From Sediminispirochaeta sp. (GTDB lineage: Bacteria > Spirochaetota > Spirochaetia > B11-G9), in the NCBI GenBank assembly GCA_024763455.1, contig JANTFL010000001.1, positions 26,678 to 90,677 on the forward strand: 64,000 nucleotides of DNA, written 5' to 3'. The position numbers were made by a program, and so were the translations under genes. Below the pieces are notes generated by a model, which did no database searches, was not told where the DNA came from, and was given only the letters and a program-made list of their open reading frames with translations. Shown piece by piece: positions 16,231 through 26,278 of the stretch (the first letter of the stretch is position 1; every line of letters starts with the position of its first letter).

Positions 16231-16872
16231 ATGGAGCAGAAGACTCTCACAGGTTATGAGAGAAAGGAACTGAAAAAAGGTCCTTCACGGAGACTGAGAA
16301 AAGAAGGCAGAATACCAGCAATAATTTATGGTCATGATACTCCAAAACCAATATCCGTTGACCGGAAAGAGTTTCATACAAAATTCAAAAACAGTTCCGC
16401 GAGTACTATTCTCACCATTAAGGTGGGAAAGAAAGACTATGAGGTCCTTGTAAAAGGGTTTCAGGAAGATTATATCAAAGAAGTAATAACTCATATTGAT
16501 TTCTTTGAACTCGAAAGAGGAAAGCTTCTTAAAACCAAGATTCCTGTACGTGTAGAAGGTTCAGCTGTCGGAGTACGGGAAGGGGGACTTCTTGAGCAGA
16601 GGATACATGAACTGGAAGTGGAATGTCTTCCCAAAGACATCCCTGAGGTAATTGTTGTTGACGTTAGTGAGCTTGAAATAGGGGAATCTATTCACGTTGA
16701 GGATTTGAATGTTGCGGAAGAGGTAAAGGTTCTTAACCTTCCCAATCAGACAATTGTCAGTGTTACAAGCTTCAAGGAAGCTCCTGTTGAAGAAGAAGCA
16801 GAAGGAGAAGAGGAAGGACTTGAAGAAGAAGCAGCAGCTGAAGATTCCGGAGAAGAAGAAGAGGAAGCATAA
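16231..16872 (+). CDS. rplY: 50S ribosomal protein L25 / general stress protein Ctc (long form with acidic tail)
   Basis: 213 aa. It has LRKEGRIPAIIYG, both Ctc beta-barrel domains and a poly-E/A C-terminal tail. Confidence 0.9.
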   Translation: MEQKTLTGYERKELKKGPSRRLRKEGRIPAIIYGHDTPKPISVDRKEFHTKFKNSSASTILTIKVGKKDYEVLVKGFQEDYIKEVITHIDFFELERGKLLKTKIPVRVEGSAVGVREGGLLEQRIHELEVECLPKDIPEVIVVDVSELEIGESIHVEDLNVAEEVKVLNLPNQTIVSVTSFKEAPVEEEAEGEEEGLEEEAAAEDSGEEEEEA

Positions 16873-17445
16873 CTGTTTCTATTTATCGGTCTGGGCAATC
16901 CGGGAGAGAATTATTCGCAAACCCGGCACAACGCCGGGTTTCTTGTCTTGGACAGGATTGCTCAGAAATATTCAATTAATTTCAAGAAACCTTTCTTTAA
17001 AAAGTATCTCTACGGCAGAGGACAGTTACACGGCAAAGAGTTCATTATCGTAAAACCCCTTACTTATATGAATAATTCAGGGTTTGTTATCCCGGGATTA
17101 CTTAAAAAATTCCGCATCCCCTCTGAAAAAATGGTAGTTATCTGCGATAACATGGATCTGCCCTATGGTATGTGCAGAATAAAAAAGAAAGGGTCCGGTG
17201 GAGGGCACAATGGGCTCCGGTCCATTGATTCTTTTATGGAAGGCAGGGATTATACACGCCTCTTTGTAGGAGTTTCCAGACCGGATCGTAGTGTGAGTAT
17301 TATCGATCATGTCCTTTCTGTTCCCGATGGTTCCGACTTCCGGGATTTTATGAATGGGGTTGATAGAGCGTCGGGGGCCGTGGAAACGATAGTAGACAAA
17401 TCTGTAGAAGAAGCAATGCATGAATATAACAGAAGAATTACTTGA
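16873..17445 (+). CDS. pth: peptidyl-tRNA hydrolase (non-canonical start; 5' end uncertain)
   Basis: The conserved Pth N-terminus LFLFIGLGNPGENYSQTRHNAGF is encoded at 16873-16941, upstream of the track's TTG at 16948. There is no ATG/GTG/TTG between the rplY stop (16870-16872) and 16948. The candidate start is CTG at 16873, with GAGGA 7 nt upstream. Confidence 0.8.
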   Translation: MFLFIGLGNPGENYSQTRHNAGFLVLDRIAQKYSINFKKPFFKKYLYGRGQLHGKEFIIVKPLTYMNNSGFVIPGLLKKFRIPSEKMVVICDNMDLPYGMCRIKKKGSGGGHNGLRSIDSFMEGRDYTRLFVGVSRPDRSVSIIDHVLSVPDGSDFRDFMNGVDRASGAVETIVDKSVEEAMHEYNRRIT

Positions 17446-18814
17446 CAGGATATCCAGGTATCTGAGAGAAAACGGTGTAACTGCCGGGGATAGTGTTCAG
17501 ATTGGGTTTTCCGGCGGCCCCGATTCGACAGTGCTGTTGTTTCTGATGAACCAGCTTCAGCCTGAGTTTCGTTTTTCACTTCAGGCATTATACGTTGATC
17601 ACGGTATACGGCCCGGGAAAATAATAAGAAAAGAGATTGAAGGTGTCGAAAATAGTGCTTCAAGGATTGGATGTCCACTTGTTGTTGAACACATCCCGCC
17701 GGGTGAAATAGAACATAAAGCAAGGACAGAGGGAAGGAGCATAGAAGATCTTGCACGGGAATACCGCTACCGGATCTTTAGAAATAAAATGGGAGAATCC
17801 GCAGTGTCGTACACTGCCCTGGGGCATAATCTTGACGATAATGTCGAAACTTTGATTATGCGGGTTTTTCAGGGCTCTGGGATGGAAGGACTCAAGGGGA
17901 TCCCGTCAAGCCGTGATGGTTTTCTGCGACCGCTGCTGTCAGTTGAACGAAGTTTAATAGAACAATGTGCGGATGAAAACGGGCTCAAGCCCCTTCTGGA
18001 TGAAACAAATAATGAACTGATATATTTAAGAAACAGGATAAGAAAAGAACTAATCCCTGCAGTTGCTCAGATTTTCCCCGGTTACAGACGGTCAATGGTA
18101 ACTCTCGGCCGTAAGATGGAAGCAGCGAGTGACTATGCAAACCGGGAAATCAAGAAACGAATAAGCGGATTCACCGCTGATGGTGCTTTAAATGTGTCGG
18201 TTCAAGAGTTTAAAACGTTTCTCCCATTTGAAAGAATGAAGCTTCTCTATGAAAGCTGGGATATCTGGGGTGAAAAACCTTTTGAAACATTGCGTTACAG
18301 GACAATTGAGTCTCTATTGTACCATAAAGATCTTCCTTCAGGGAGAATTCTCCTGTCAGGAGGAGATTATATTCTGGAGCAAAGGGAAGGTATGATTTGG
18401 TGGAATAGGCTTGTCGTTTTATCCAAAAAAAGTTATCTTAGAGTGGTATCTCCTGGAGTTGTATCCATTCCCGGGAATCTCAGGCTGGAAGTGATAACTG
18501 GCGGGGGTAGCCCGGTCAAGAGTGATGTTTGGTTTGATAAGAGCAGGATACATGGACCGGTGGTGATCAGATCCAGAAAGCCCGGCGATTTTATTAATCT
18601 TTCCGGAGGAAGGAAGAAGATAAAAAAACTGTACAGCGAGTGGAAAATCCCTGAAAAGGACCGGTGGCAGATCCCTGTTGTTTGTGACAGGAAGGGCATT
18701 ATTGCTGTTCTGGGTGAACCGTTCGGATATAAAAACAGAGTTGCATCGGTACAGAGAGTGCAGAAGAGTAAAGCAGCAGATAATATATTGATTTTAAGAG
18801 CATACATGGAGTAA
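17420..18814 (+). CDS. tilS: tRNA(Ile)-lysidine synthetase
   Basis: 464 aa. It has the PP-loop GFSGGPDSTVLL, HNLDDNVETLIMR and a TilS C-terminal domain. Confidence 0.9.
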   Translation: MNITEELLDRISRYLRENGVTAGDSVQIGFSGGPDSTVLLFLMNQLQPEFRFSLQALYVDHGIRPGKIIRKEIEGVENSASRIGCPLVVEHIPPGEIEHKARTEGRSIEDLAREYRYRIFRNKMGESAVSYTALGHNLDDNVETLIMRVFQGSGMEGLKGIPSSRDGFLRPLLSVERSLIEQCADENGLKPLLDETNNELIYLRNRIRKELIPAVAQIFPGYRRSMVTLGRKMEAASDYANREIKKRISGFTADGALNVSVQEFKTFLPFERMKLLYESWDIWGEKPFETLRYRTIESLLYHKDLPSGRILLSGGDYILEQREGMIWWNRLVVLSKKSYLRVVSPGVVSIPGNLRLEVITGGGSPVKSDVWFDKSRIHGPVVIRSRKPGDFINLSGGRKKIKKLYSEWKIPEKDRWQIPVVCDRKGIIAVLGEPFGYKNRVASVQRVQKSKAADNILILRAYME

Positions 18815-18819
18815 TTACT

Positions 18820-20712
18820 GTGGGAACACAAAATGAGCAGCCTAATGATAACAGAAATAAAGAACCTAACAATTTAAAATTTGATTTTAACAAGAACAGG
18901 TTTGCGCTGTTTTTTCTGTTATCACTCATAGCAATGTTTTTTATCCTTTTTCTGGTTAATGGAGACACTCCATCAATGGAGATTCCCTATTCAACATTTC
19001 TTACGTATCTTGAACAGGATCAGATCACTTCGGTCAAGATTCTGGATGGGAACGAAATTTATGGTACATTGTCCGGTCAGGCGGATAACCTTTCTACCTT
19101 CAAGACCCGAATTCCGTACTATGATGAATTGCTGATGAAAGATCTTCGGGAGAAAGGAGTCAAGGTGACCGGTGCACCAAAGCCTGTTTCTTTTGGTGAA
19201 ATTCTCCTTCAGCTTCTGCCATGGGTACTTTTTCTGTTTTTCTTCTGGTTCATGTTCAGACAGGTTCAGGGAGGGGGCAGCAAGGCTTTTTCCTTCGGCA
19301 AGAGCAAAGCGAGACAGTATTCCGACGAAAAGGAAAAGGTTCGGTTTAACGATGTAGCAGGTCAGGAAGAAGCCAAATATGAATTGAGTGAAGTTGTTGA
19401 TTTCCTCAAAAATCCATCGAAGTACACCCAGATGGGTGCAAAAATTCCAAAGGGAGTTCTTCTCGTCGGCATGCCGGGTACAGGAAAAACTTTAATGGCA
19501 AAAGCTGTAGCAGGGGAAGCCGGGGTTGCTTTCTTTCATATGTCCGGATCAGATTTTGTCGAGATGTTTGTCGGGGTCGGTGCCAGCAGGGTTAGGGATT
19601 TGTTTGATAAGGGACGTAAAAATGCACCCTGTATCCTGTTTATTGATGAGCTTGACGCAGTCGGAAGGACCAGGGGAGCTGGTTACGGCGGAGGCAACGA
19701 CGAGCGGGAACAGACTTTGAATCAAATGCTTGTTGAAATGGATGGATTTAATACAAAGGATGGAGTAATTATTCTGGCTGCAACCAACAGACCTGATGTA
19801 TTAGACCCTGCATTGTTACGCCCAGGACGGTTTGACAGACAGGTAGTTGTCGATATGCCGGATGTCAGGGAACGGGAGCAGATTCTTAAGATACATGCAT
19901 CCAAAATACCCTTGGGGAAGAACGTGGATCTGAACAGAATCGCAAAGGCTACTCCGGGCAGTTCGGGGGCTGATCTTGCCAATCTGGTAAATGAAGCAGT
20001 TTTGTATGCTGCGCGGTACAACGCAAAGGAAGTTACCATCGAGCATTTTGAAGAAGCAAGGGACAAACTCCTCCTCGGTGTTGCGAGGAAATCAAAGCTT
20101 ATTACCGCCGAGGAAAAGCGGGCAACTGCATATCATGAAGCCGGACACGCACTGCTTCACTATCATCTCGAGAATTCCGATCCCCTTCACAAGGTTACCA
20201 TTATTCCCCGGGGGAGAGCTTTAGGTATGGCTATTTCTCTTCCAGAAAAAGACTCTTATTCAAGGAAAAAAGGATGGCTTCTTGACAGGATAAAAATTGC
20301 CATGGGCGGATACGTTGCAGAGGAGCTTATTTACTCGGAAACAACGACCGGAACCCAGAATGATATCAAGCAGGCTACCGAAATAGCCCACCGGATGGTT
20401 ACTGAATGGGGGATGAGTGAAGAACTTGGTTTTATCTCATTAGGAAAGGAAGATGAGCCGATATTCATAGGGAAAGAAATAGCCAGACATAAAGATTACT
20501 CCGAGGAAACAGCCAGGAAGGTAGATGAAGAGATCAAGAAAATTATGGAAAGTTGTCTTGCAGAAACAAGAAAGATCCTTTCTGATAATATCAACCAGCT
20601 TAAAACTCTTGCAGAAGAACTTATTGAAAAGGAAACCCTTGATGATGCGGATATCAAGAAACTCCTTGGAATCCCTGAAAAGGATACTGAGCAGGAAGAA
20701 GAGAAAGAATAA
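18820..20712 (+). CDS. ftsH: ATP-dependent zinc metalloprotease FtsH
   Basis: 630 aa with a GTG start. It has two TM segments, Walker A GMPGTGKT, Walker B ILFIDELD, the SRH and the zinc motif HEAGHAL. Confidence 0.95.
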   Translation: MGTQNEQPNDNRNKEPNNLKFDFNKNRFALFFLLSLIAMFFILFLVNGDTPSMEIPYSTFLTYLEQDQITSVKILDGNEIYGTLSGQADNLSTFKTRIPYYDELLMKDLREKGVKVTGAPKPVSFGEILLQLLPWVLFLFFFWFMFRQVQGGGSKAFSFGKSKARQYSDEKEKVRFNDVAGQEEAKYELSEVVDFLKNPSKYTQMGAKIPKGVLLVGMPGTGKTLMAKAVAGEAGVAFFHMSGSDFVEMFVGVGASRVRDLFDKGRKNAPCILFIDELDAVGRTRGAGYGGGNDEREQTLNQMLVEMDGFNTKDGVIILAATNRPDVLDPALLRPGRFDRQVVVDMPDVREREQILKIHASKIPLGKNVDLNRIAKATPGSSGADLANLVNEAVLYAARYNAKEVTIEHFEEARDKLLLGVARKSKLITAEEKRATAYHEAGHALLHYHLENSDPLHKVTIIPRGRALGMAISLPEKDSYSRKKGWLLDRIKIAMGGYVAEELIYSETTTGTQNDIKQATEIAHRMVTEWGMSEELGFISLGKEDEPIFIGKEIARHKDYSEETARKVDEEIKKIMESCLAETRKILSDNINQLKTLAEELIEKETLDDADIKKLLGIPEKDTEQEEEKE

Positions 20713-20728
20713 AACCCCGGCACAGCTT

Positions 20729-22405
20729 TTGACAGCAAAACTGTCAGCAGCAGTGTTGTTACTATTTTCTCTCTCCTTTTATGTGTTCCCTGAAAATTTG
20801 GAAACCCGGCAGGACAAAGAACTTGCCGGGGTTTACTTCAATAATGCCCTTTCCGCCTTAAAGGCGGGCAATAGTACCGGTTCCCTTGAATTACTGAATG
20901 TTTCAATCCTGTTCAACAAAGATTCCTCCGACTCAAGATATTTGAAAGCTTTAATTCTTTCAGATATGGGCAAATACCGACTCTCGCAGAAAGAATTGAA
21001 GATTGCTTTCCTCCTTGGCTCCTGGGAACATTTCAGCAGTTTTGACGGAAAGAAACTCTTTGCGGATAATTTCCTGCGTCAGGGAGATTCCACATCTGCA
21101 TACGAGACACTTGCTCCCCTTGCAGATACCCTCGGTACAGATGCATCAGCAGCAAGGGTTTTTGCCCTTTCATCGGCAGCTTCGGGGCACGTAAACCAGG
21201 CTGTCCAAACAGCACGGCTGTTCCCTTCAAAGGATTTTTCCCAAAAAATACTTGCAAGATATGATACAGGATGGCGGAATAGTGCAATCGGAAAGATACT
21301 GCAGGGTGATCCCGCATTGTACTATACCAAGGAGGCTGTACAGGAGATCATCTTACTCGCTCCCGATGCGTACCTGCCGAAAATGCTTTCATATTATCAA
21401 AACAGGTGGGGGGATGACCGCTTTTTCCAGATTAACTCGCTTATTACCAATGATTCCAGCCTGGAAAAAAGAATAGAGTTGGTATTTGCCAAAGCAGAGT
21501 CTATAGACAGAGCAGATATAGTGAGAATCAAACAGATTCTTGACAGAAAAAATATTGTGTATGATGCCAAAGCATTTTTTAAAGATAAAAAGATTATAAT
21601 CAATGAGGATGACAACAAAGACGGTCTTATAGACGGCCGGACAATACTTGATTCAGGGTTTATTACGGAAACAGTTGCAGATGCAAACCATGATACCCTC
21701 AACGATTACAAAATAACCAGTCCCGGTGGGAAAATTACAACAGTAATGATAAGGACCAATGACAAAAAGATAGAAGCTGCATATAAACCATACCCATTTC
21801 TCTCTGAATATACCGTTACCCTGGAAGGCCGGCGGAGAGTGTACCATCTTTTGCCATACAAAGCTGTGTACCCTGTTGTGGTGATTCCTGAATCCATTAT
21901 AGATGATACCCTGAGGTTAAATGAATATACACAAGAGCTTTCTCCTCTGTATTTGGAGACTGTTTCAACGCAGATAGAGGAAACCTCTTTGACTGGAGAT
22001 GATGTTCTCATTGCAGAAAGAAAGAGTCTGCAGGATACAGAACTCAAACTATTACATGATAACGGATTGGTTTTCTCAGAACGTGAGTACAGCGGTGAAA
22101 AAGTTACGGCTGAAAAAAAGGATTTAGATGGAGACGGTATACCGGATCTTCTATATACGTACAAAAACGGCTCTCTACAATCCGCACGTGTTGACAGAAA
22201 CCATAATGGCTACCCTGAATACATGGAAGAATATATTCCTGTGCACATAACGAAGTGGGATTTTGATGATGACGGGACTTTCGATTACCGGGAGTACATG
22301 GAAAAGGATAATCTGATTAGGGAGTATTCTACTAACATGGATGGAAATTTCGATCTGCGTTTTGAAGGAAGAGCAGGTACAGAAAACAGTGGTTTAGTTC
22401 AATGA
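20729..22405 (+). CDS. secreted/periplasmic hypothetical protein with TPR-like N-region and repeated DxDxDG calcium-binding-like loops
   Basis: The ORF is open from 20525, but the first 188 nt overlap ftsH. The TTG at 20729 gives a signal-like N-terminus (TAKLSAAVLLLFSLSFYVF). Loops DDNKDGLID, DLDGDGIPD, DFDDDGTFD and NMDGNFD are present. The start is uncertain; an alternative ATG lies at 20645. Confidence 0.5.
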   Translation: MTAKLSAAVLLLFSLSFYVFPENLETRQDKELAGVYFNNALSALKAGNSTGSLELLNVSILFNKDSSDSRYLKALILSDMGKYRLSQKELKIAFLLGSWEHFSSFDGKKLFADNFLRQGDSTSAYETLAPLADTLGTDASAARVFALSSAASGHVNQAVQTARLFPSKDFSQKILARYDTGWRNSAIGKILQGDPALYYTKEAVQEIILLAPDAYLPKMLSYYQNRWGDDRFFQINSLITNDSSLEKRIELVFAKAESIDRADIVRIKQILDRKNIVYDAKAFFKDKKIIINEDDNKDGLIDGRTILDSGFITETVADANHDTLNDYKITSPGGKITTVMIRTNDKKIEAAYKPYPFLSEYTVTLEGRRRVYHLLPYKAVYPVVVIPESIIDDTLRLNEYTQELSPLYLETVSTQIEETSLTGDDVLIAERKSLQDTELKLLHDNGLVFSEREYSGEKVTAEKKDLDGDGIPDLLYTYKNGSLQSARVDRNHNGYPEYMEEYIPVHITKWDFDDDGTFDYREYMEKDNLIREYSTNMDGNFDLRFEGRAGTENSGLVQ

Positions 22406-24171
22406 AACGAGTAGTACTCCTTTTTCTCTCTTCCCTACTGATAATCTCCTGTGCAGGGCTCAGGGGTAATATCGGGAAAGATCCCCAACCTGTAGAGAAG
22501 GTTACGGTTGAGCGAATCAATTCGCTGATAGATGCAGGAGAGCTCGCAGAGGCATTTCAGGATCTTTCATGGCTGCCTGTTAACAGTAAAGCTGATAAAG
22601 CGGTCCTGGAGGAAAGATTAAAGAGCAAATTCCAATCCGAATATGATAAAGCTCTGGATAACAGTGGATATCTCGATGCCTACAGGATACTCATTTCAGT
22701 AAAAACCGCTGGGATTGAGATCAATAGCCGGGGTAGAACAGCAAACGATCTTATAAAGGAGCTGGTCTATTCACGGTCTGAAGAAAGCAGCCATGAATCA
22801 AGACTTTATGTTGCCAGAAAGTACTTTGACTTTGGCAGCCTGGGAAAAGAGGATCTGGGACGAATAACAGAAATGGCTGTGAAAGATGGGGATAAAGGGT
22901 TCCTTGAGTTTGTTGAGCCTTTTCTGAAGGAAAGAGGTCTTGACCCATCTCCTGACTTTAAAAAGGTACAAAAAAGCAGATATGCAAGTTCTCAGCTTAT
23001 TAAAGGAACCGTTACGATCTGGGTAAACCGGGGGATGAAAATTGAGAACGGTATGGGTATACCTGACCGGGTAATTGGCAGTGGTTTTTTTATTGACAGG
23101 AACGGATATATTCTCACCAACTACCATGTAATATCCAGTGAAGTAGATCCTGAGTATGAAGGATACTCCCGGTTGTATGTAAAGCTTTCAGATAATAGAA
23201 AGGAAAAGATTCCTGCGAAGGTTGTTGGTTGGGATTCTGTTTTTGATATTGCCTTGCTAAAAGTGGACAGTACTCCTGAAACGGTGTTCCGGTTCGGAAA
23301 AGAACAAGATTATGAACCGGGGACCCCTATTATTGCAATTGGCTCTCCAGGGGGGTTGGAAAATACAATTACATCAGGGATAATTTCAGCCTATGGGAGG
23401 AAGTTTCTTCAGCTTGGAACCGTTATCCAGGTTGATGCCCCGATAAATCATGGCAATAGCGGCGGACCGCTACTCGATATGGATAATAATCTTATCGGAG
23501 TCGTTTTCGCTGGTATTGAGCAGTTTGAAGGAATCAATTTTGCAATACCGAGCAGGTACATAGTAAGCCTTCTTCCTGATTTGTACCGGGGCGGAAAGGT
23601 AAAGCATCCTTTTCTCGGATTTTCCCTGACAGAAAAGAACAATACTGTATCGGTTACGTATGTAATGCCAGGGAGCAGCGCCGGCAGATCGGGAGTAGGA
23701 AAGGGCACGGTTATTAGAGAAATAAACGGTACCGGTATTGATTCTATTGAGAAGCTGCAGAGAGAGATGCTGAAGTATTCACCGGGCATGATCGTAAAAC
23801 TTGGAATGGAAAAAGATGGAAATCCCTTTAACGGATTCTTCGCTCTTTCGGCAAGACCTGAAATACCGGCGGAAGATGCTTATGACAACGATGCTACCGA
23901 AAATCTGTTTCTTCCTTTGTTTGGGATGGATGTGGATTCTGTTTCAACAGGAATAACAGGGAATAAATTTATAATCACTTCAATCCTTGAAGGATCAATT
24001 GCAGATGAATCAGGATTATCCGTCAACGATCCATTTACTGTGCAGAGGATCAAGATAGATAATGAAAATCATATCCTGTACATGGAGATTCGGATAAAAA
24101 GGAGAAAATCCGGTTTTCTAGAAAGCGGACTCATGCTGAGTACCTACCTGGAAACCGGTGATTTTATTTAA
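22402..24171 (+). CDS. S1C (HtrA/DegP-like) serine protease lipoprotein with PDZ-like C-terminal region
   Basis: 589 aa. It has a lipobox (LLIISC), the catalytic triad contexts TNYHVI, DIALLKV and GNSGGPLLD, and PDZ-like segments (LGFSLTE.., GSIADESGLSVND). Confidence 0.8.
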   Translation: MKRVVLLFLSSLLIISCAGLRGNIGKDPQPVEKVTVERINSLIDAGELAEAFQDLSWLPVNSKADKAVLEERLKSKFQSEYDKALDNSGYLDAYRILISVKTAGIEINSRGRTANDLIKELVYSRSEESSHESRLYVARKYFDFGSLGKEDLGRITEMAVKDGDKGFLEFVEPFLKERGLDPSPDFKKVQKSRYASSQLIKGTVTIWVNRGMKIENGMGIPDRVIGSGFFIDRNGYILTNYHVISSEVDPEYEGYSRLYVKLSDNRKEKIPAKVVGWDSVFDIALLKVDSTPETVFRFGKEQDYEPGTPIIAIGSPGGLENTITSGIISAYGRKFLQLGTVIQVDAPINHGNSGGPLLDMDNNLIGVVFAGIEQFEGINFAIPSRYIVSLLPDLYRGGKVKHPFLGFSLTEKNNTVSVTYVMPGSSAGRSGVGKGTVIREINGTGIDSIEKLQREMLKYSPGMIVKLGMEKDGNPFNGFFALSARPEIPAEDAYDNDATENLFLPLFGMDVDSVSTGITGNKFIITSILEGSIADESGLSVNDPFTVQRIKIDNENHILYMEIRIKRRKSGFLESGLMLSTYLETGDFI

Positions 24172-24175
24172 AAGA

Positions 24176-25588
24176 ATGCTTGATGACTTGATTGAAGACA
24201 AAGCTGTGAAAATTCTCGTTGTAGAGGATGAAGCGATCATTGCACATAATCTTATCAAGGAATTGAATACGAGTGGCTTTTCAGCCTCAGGGTTTGTAGA
24301 TACCGGAGAAAAGGCTTTGACGGAAATTGCAGAAAACCGTCCTGATCTTGTTATTCTGGATATTTCAATTAAGGGTAAAATAGATGGAATTAAGACGGCG
24401 GAGATAATCAAATCTCAATTTGGGATACCGTGTATATTCTATTCCGGTTGCGACGATCTTTCCTGTCTTAAGAGAGCCCGGCGTGCTGAACCCTATGGAT
24501 ATATCCCAAAGAATTCCACAAGAATCGATCTTTATACGACCGTCAGGATTGCTCTGCAGCGGTTCAGGATAGAGCAGGAATTTCGATCAAAAGATAGAAT
24601 GTTAAATGCAACGCTTAAAAGTATTTCCGATGCAGTTGTAGGGTTGAATCCCGAAGGAAAGATTATTGCATGGAACTGCGGAGCCGAAAAAATCTTCGGG
24701 TGGGTTGCTGATGATATTCTTGGTGATAATGTTGCTATCCTTGTCCCATCATACATACCGAACGAATTTCCGGGAATAATGGACGATCTCATTAAGACCG
24801 GCGATTTTAGACAATACGATACCCTTTTTCAACGGAAGGATAAAAAGATCTTCAATGCTGCAGTGACAATTTCACCGGTTGATGAACTTGGGGGTGGTAT
24901 CACAGGGTTTTCCCTGGTGGTCAAGGATATAAGTGATCGAAAAGAACTGGAAAAACAGATAATTGATATTCTGGAAGATGAACGGTTCAGAATCGGCAGG
25001 GATCTTCATGACAACCTCGGTCAATACCTGACAGGGATACTTTTAAAACTGAAGGTGCTTGAAACTTCCCTGGGGAAAAAGGGTATAGATGATGACAAGG
25101 CTATTGTTGTCAGAATTTCAAATCATGTGAAGATGGTCCTCGACAGGATGAGGGAGCTTTCAAGAGGGCTGATATCTCTGGGACTTCAGAAGATGAGTCT
25201 TAGGGAGGCAATTCATGAGCTCACCCTTTTCTATTCCAGAGTTAATGAGATAGAGGTTCTGTTCAATTCCGAGATGGAGTATAAAATCGTGAACTACCGG
25301 GTCGTTGTGCAGCTCTACCATATAACCCAGGAAGCTATAACAAATGCATTAAAACATGCATCATGCAGCCGTATCGAAATAGTCCTGAAAACCGATGAGA
25401 CCGATATAGTTCTTTCCATAAAGGATAATGGAAAGGGGTTCACCCTCAACGGCAGCTCCGGGATAGGACTGAAGATTATGAAGTATAGAGCTGGAATAAT
25501 AAATGGTCAACTTCAGATTTACAGTAACAGCTCCGGTTCCACCGTACAGTGCAGCATACCGAGGAAACTCATAAAGGAAGAGGTATGA
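24176..25588 (+). CDS. cytoplasmic hybrid sensor: N-terminal receiver + PAS + HisKA_3/HATPase histidine kinase
   Basis: REC (KILVVEDEAIIAHN..DLVILDISI), PAS (LNATLKSISDAVVGLNPEGKIIAWNCGAEKIFGW), the H-box ERFRIGRDLHDNLGQ, and N/G boxes (EAITNALKHA, DNGKGF, GIGLKIM). No TM segment is present. I chose the ATG at 24176; the track GTG at 24158 is also possible. Confidence 0.8.
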   Translation: MLDDLIEDKAVKILVVEDEAIIAHNLIKELNTSGFSASGFVDTGEKALTEIAENRPDLVILDISIKGKIDGIKTAEIIKSQFGIPCIFYSGCDDLSCLKRARRAEPYGYIPKNSTRIDLYTTVRIALQRFRIEQEFRSKDRMLNATLKSISDAVVGLNPEGKIIAWNCGAEKIFGWVADDILGDNVAILVPSYIPNEFPGIMDDLIKTGDFRQYDTLFQRKDKKIFNAAVTISPVDELGGGITGFSLVVKDISDRKELEKQIIDILEDERFRIGRDLHDNLGQYLTGILLKLKVLETSLGKKGIDDDKAIVVRISNHVKMVLDRMRELSRGLISLGLQKMSLREAIHELTLFYSRVNEIEVLFNSEMEYKIVNYRVVVQLYHITQEAITNALKHASCSRIEIVLKTDETDIVLSIKDNGKGFTLNGSSGIGLKIMKYRAGIINGQLQIYSNSSGSTVQCSIPRKLIKEEV

Positions 25589-26232
25589 ACGAAAAGAAAA
25601 TCCTGATTATAGAGGATCATCCTATTGTCAGAAAGGGTTTCAGTATGCTGATAAATCAGGATGATGAATTACAAACCATAGGGGAAGCAGGGGATTATCA
25701 CAGTGCTCTTGAAATGGTGCGGAATACAGAGGCAGACCTGATTTTGCTGGATTTATCACTGGGTGACGGAAACGGGATAGAGCTTATCAAAGAGATTAAA
25801 GTTATTAACCCGGCACTTCCGGTTTTGGTTGTATCACTCCATGATGAGAATCTATACGCCGAGCGGGCTCTTAAAGCAGGTGCTAAAGGGTACGTTATGA
25901 AAAGTGAAGCAACCGATAATATTCTGACTGCCATAAAAAAAATCATGAACGGCGAGGTGTATCTCAGCGAAGGGATGAAAGATAAATTCATAAACAGAAT
26001 GGCGGGAATGGGTAAGGAGGGTTCTTCTCCCATGGATATCCTGAGTGACCGGGAATTTGAAGTCTTTCAGTTTATCGGTGACGGCCGTACAACAAAGGAG
26101 ATAGCCCAGTTTTTAAACCTGAGTATCAAAACTGTAGAAACATATAAATCACATATAAAAACCAAACTTGAAATCAAAGATTCAACAGACCTTATCAGGA
26201 GAGCTGTTGAATGGAAAGTTGCTGACAGCTGA
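25585..26232 (+). CDS. NarL/LuxR-family response regulator
   Basis: REC ([28 protein letters not shown]) plus a LuxR HTH ([39 protein letters not shown]). The ATG at 25585 overlaps the kinase stop (ATGA). Confidence 0.85.
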   Translation: MNEKKILIIEDHPIVRKGFSMLINQDDELQTIGEAGDYHSALEMVRNTEADLILLDLSLGDGNGIELIKEIKVINPALPVLVVSLHDENLYAERALKAGAKGYVMKSEATDNILTAIKKIMNGEVYLSEGMKDKFINRMAGMGKEGSSPMDILSDREFEVFQFIGDGRTTKEIAQFLNLSIKTVETYKSHIKTKLEIKDSTDLIRRAVEWKVADS

Positions 26233-26278
26233 AACCCCTCTTATTGAAGTCCTTACTCCTTTCAGGTATAGTGGGCTT

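Noticed and set aside
16754-17053. A 99 aa + strand ORF bridging the rplY 3' end and the pth 5' end.
   Set aside because: It is out of frame with both genes and is a Lys-rich read of the poly-GAA tail of rplY. The conserved Pth N-terminus lies in the rplY frame, not in this one.
20525-20728. A 5' extension of the post-ftsH ORF that overlaps ftsH by 188 nt.
   Set aside because: The extension is a Lys/Arg-rich out-of-frame read of the ftsH 3' end. A signal-peptide-like segment begins right after the ftsH stop, so a downstream start (TTG at 20729 or ATG at 20645) is more plausible.
26168-26278. A 37 aa N-terminal extension of lepA that overlaps the response regulator gene.
   Set aside because: LepA proteins start a few residues before [15 protein letters not shown]. 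The ATG at 26279 gives the canonical length of about 600 aa.
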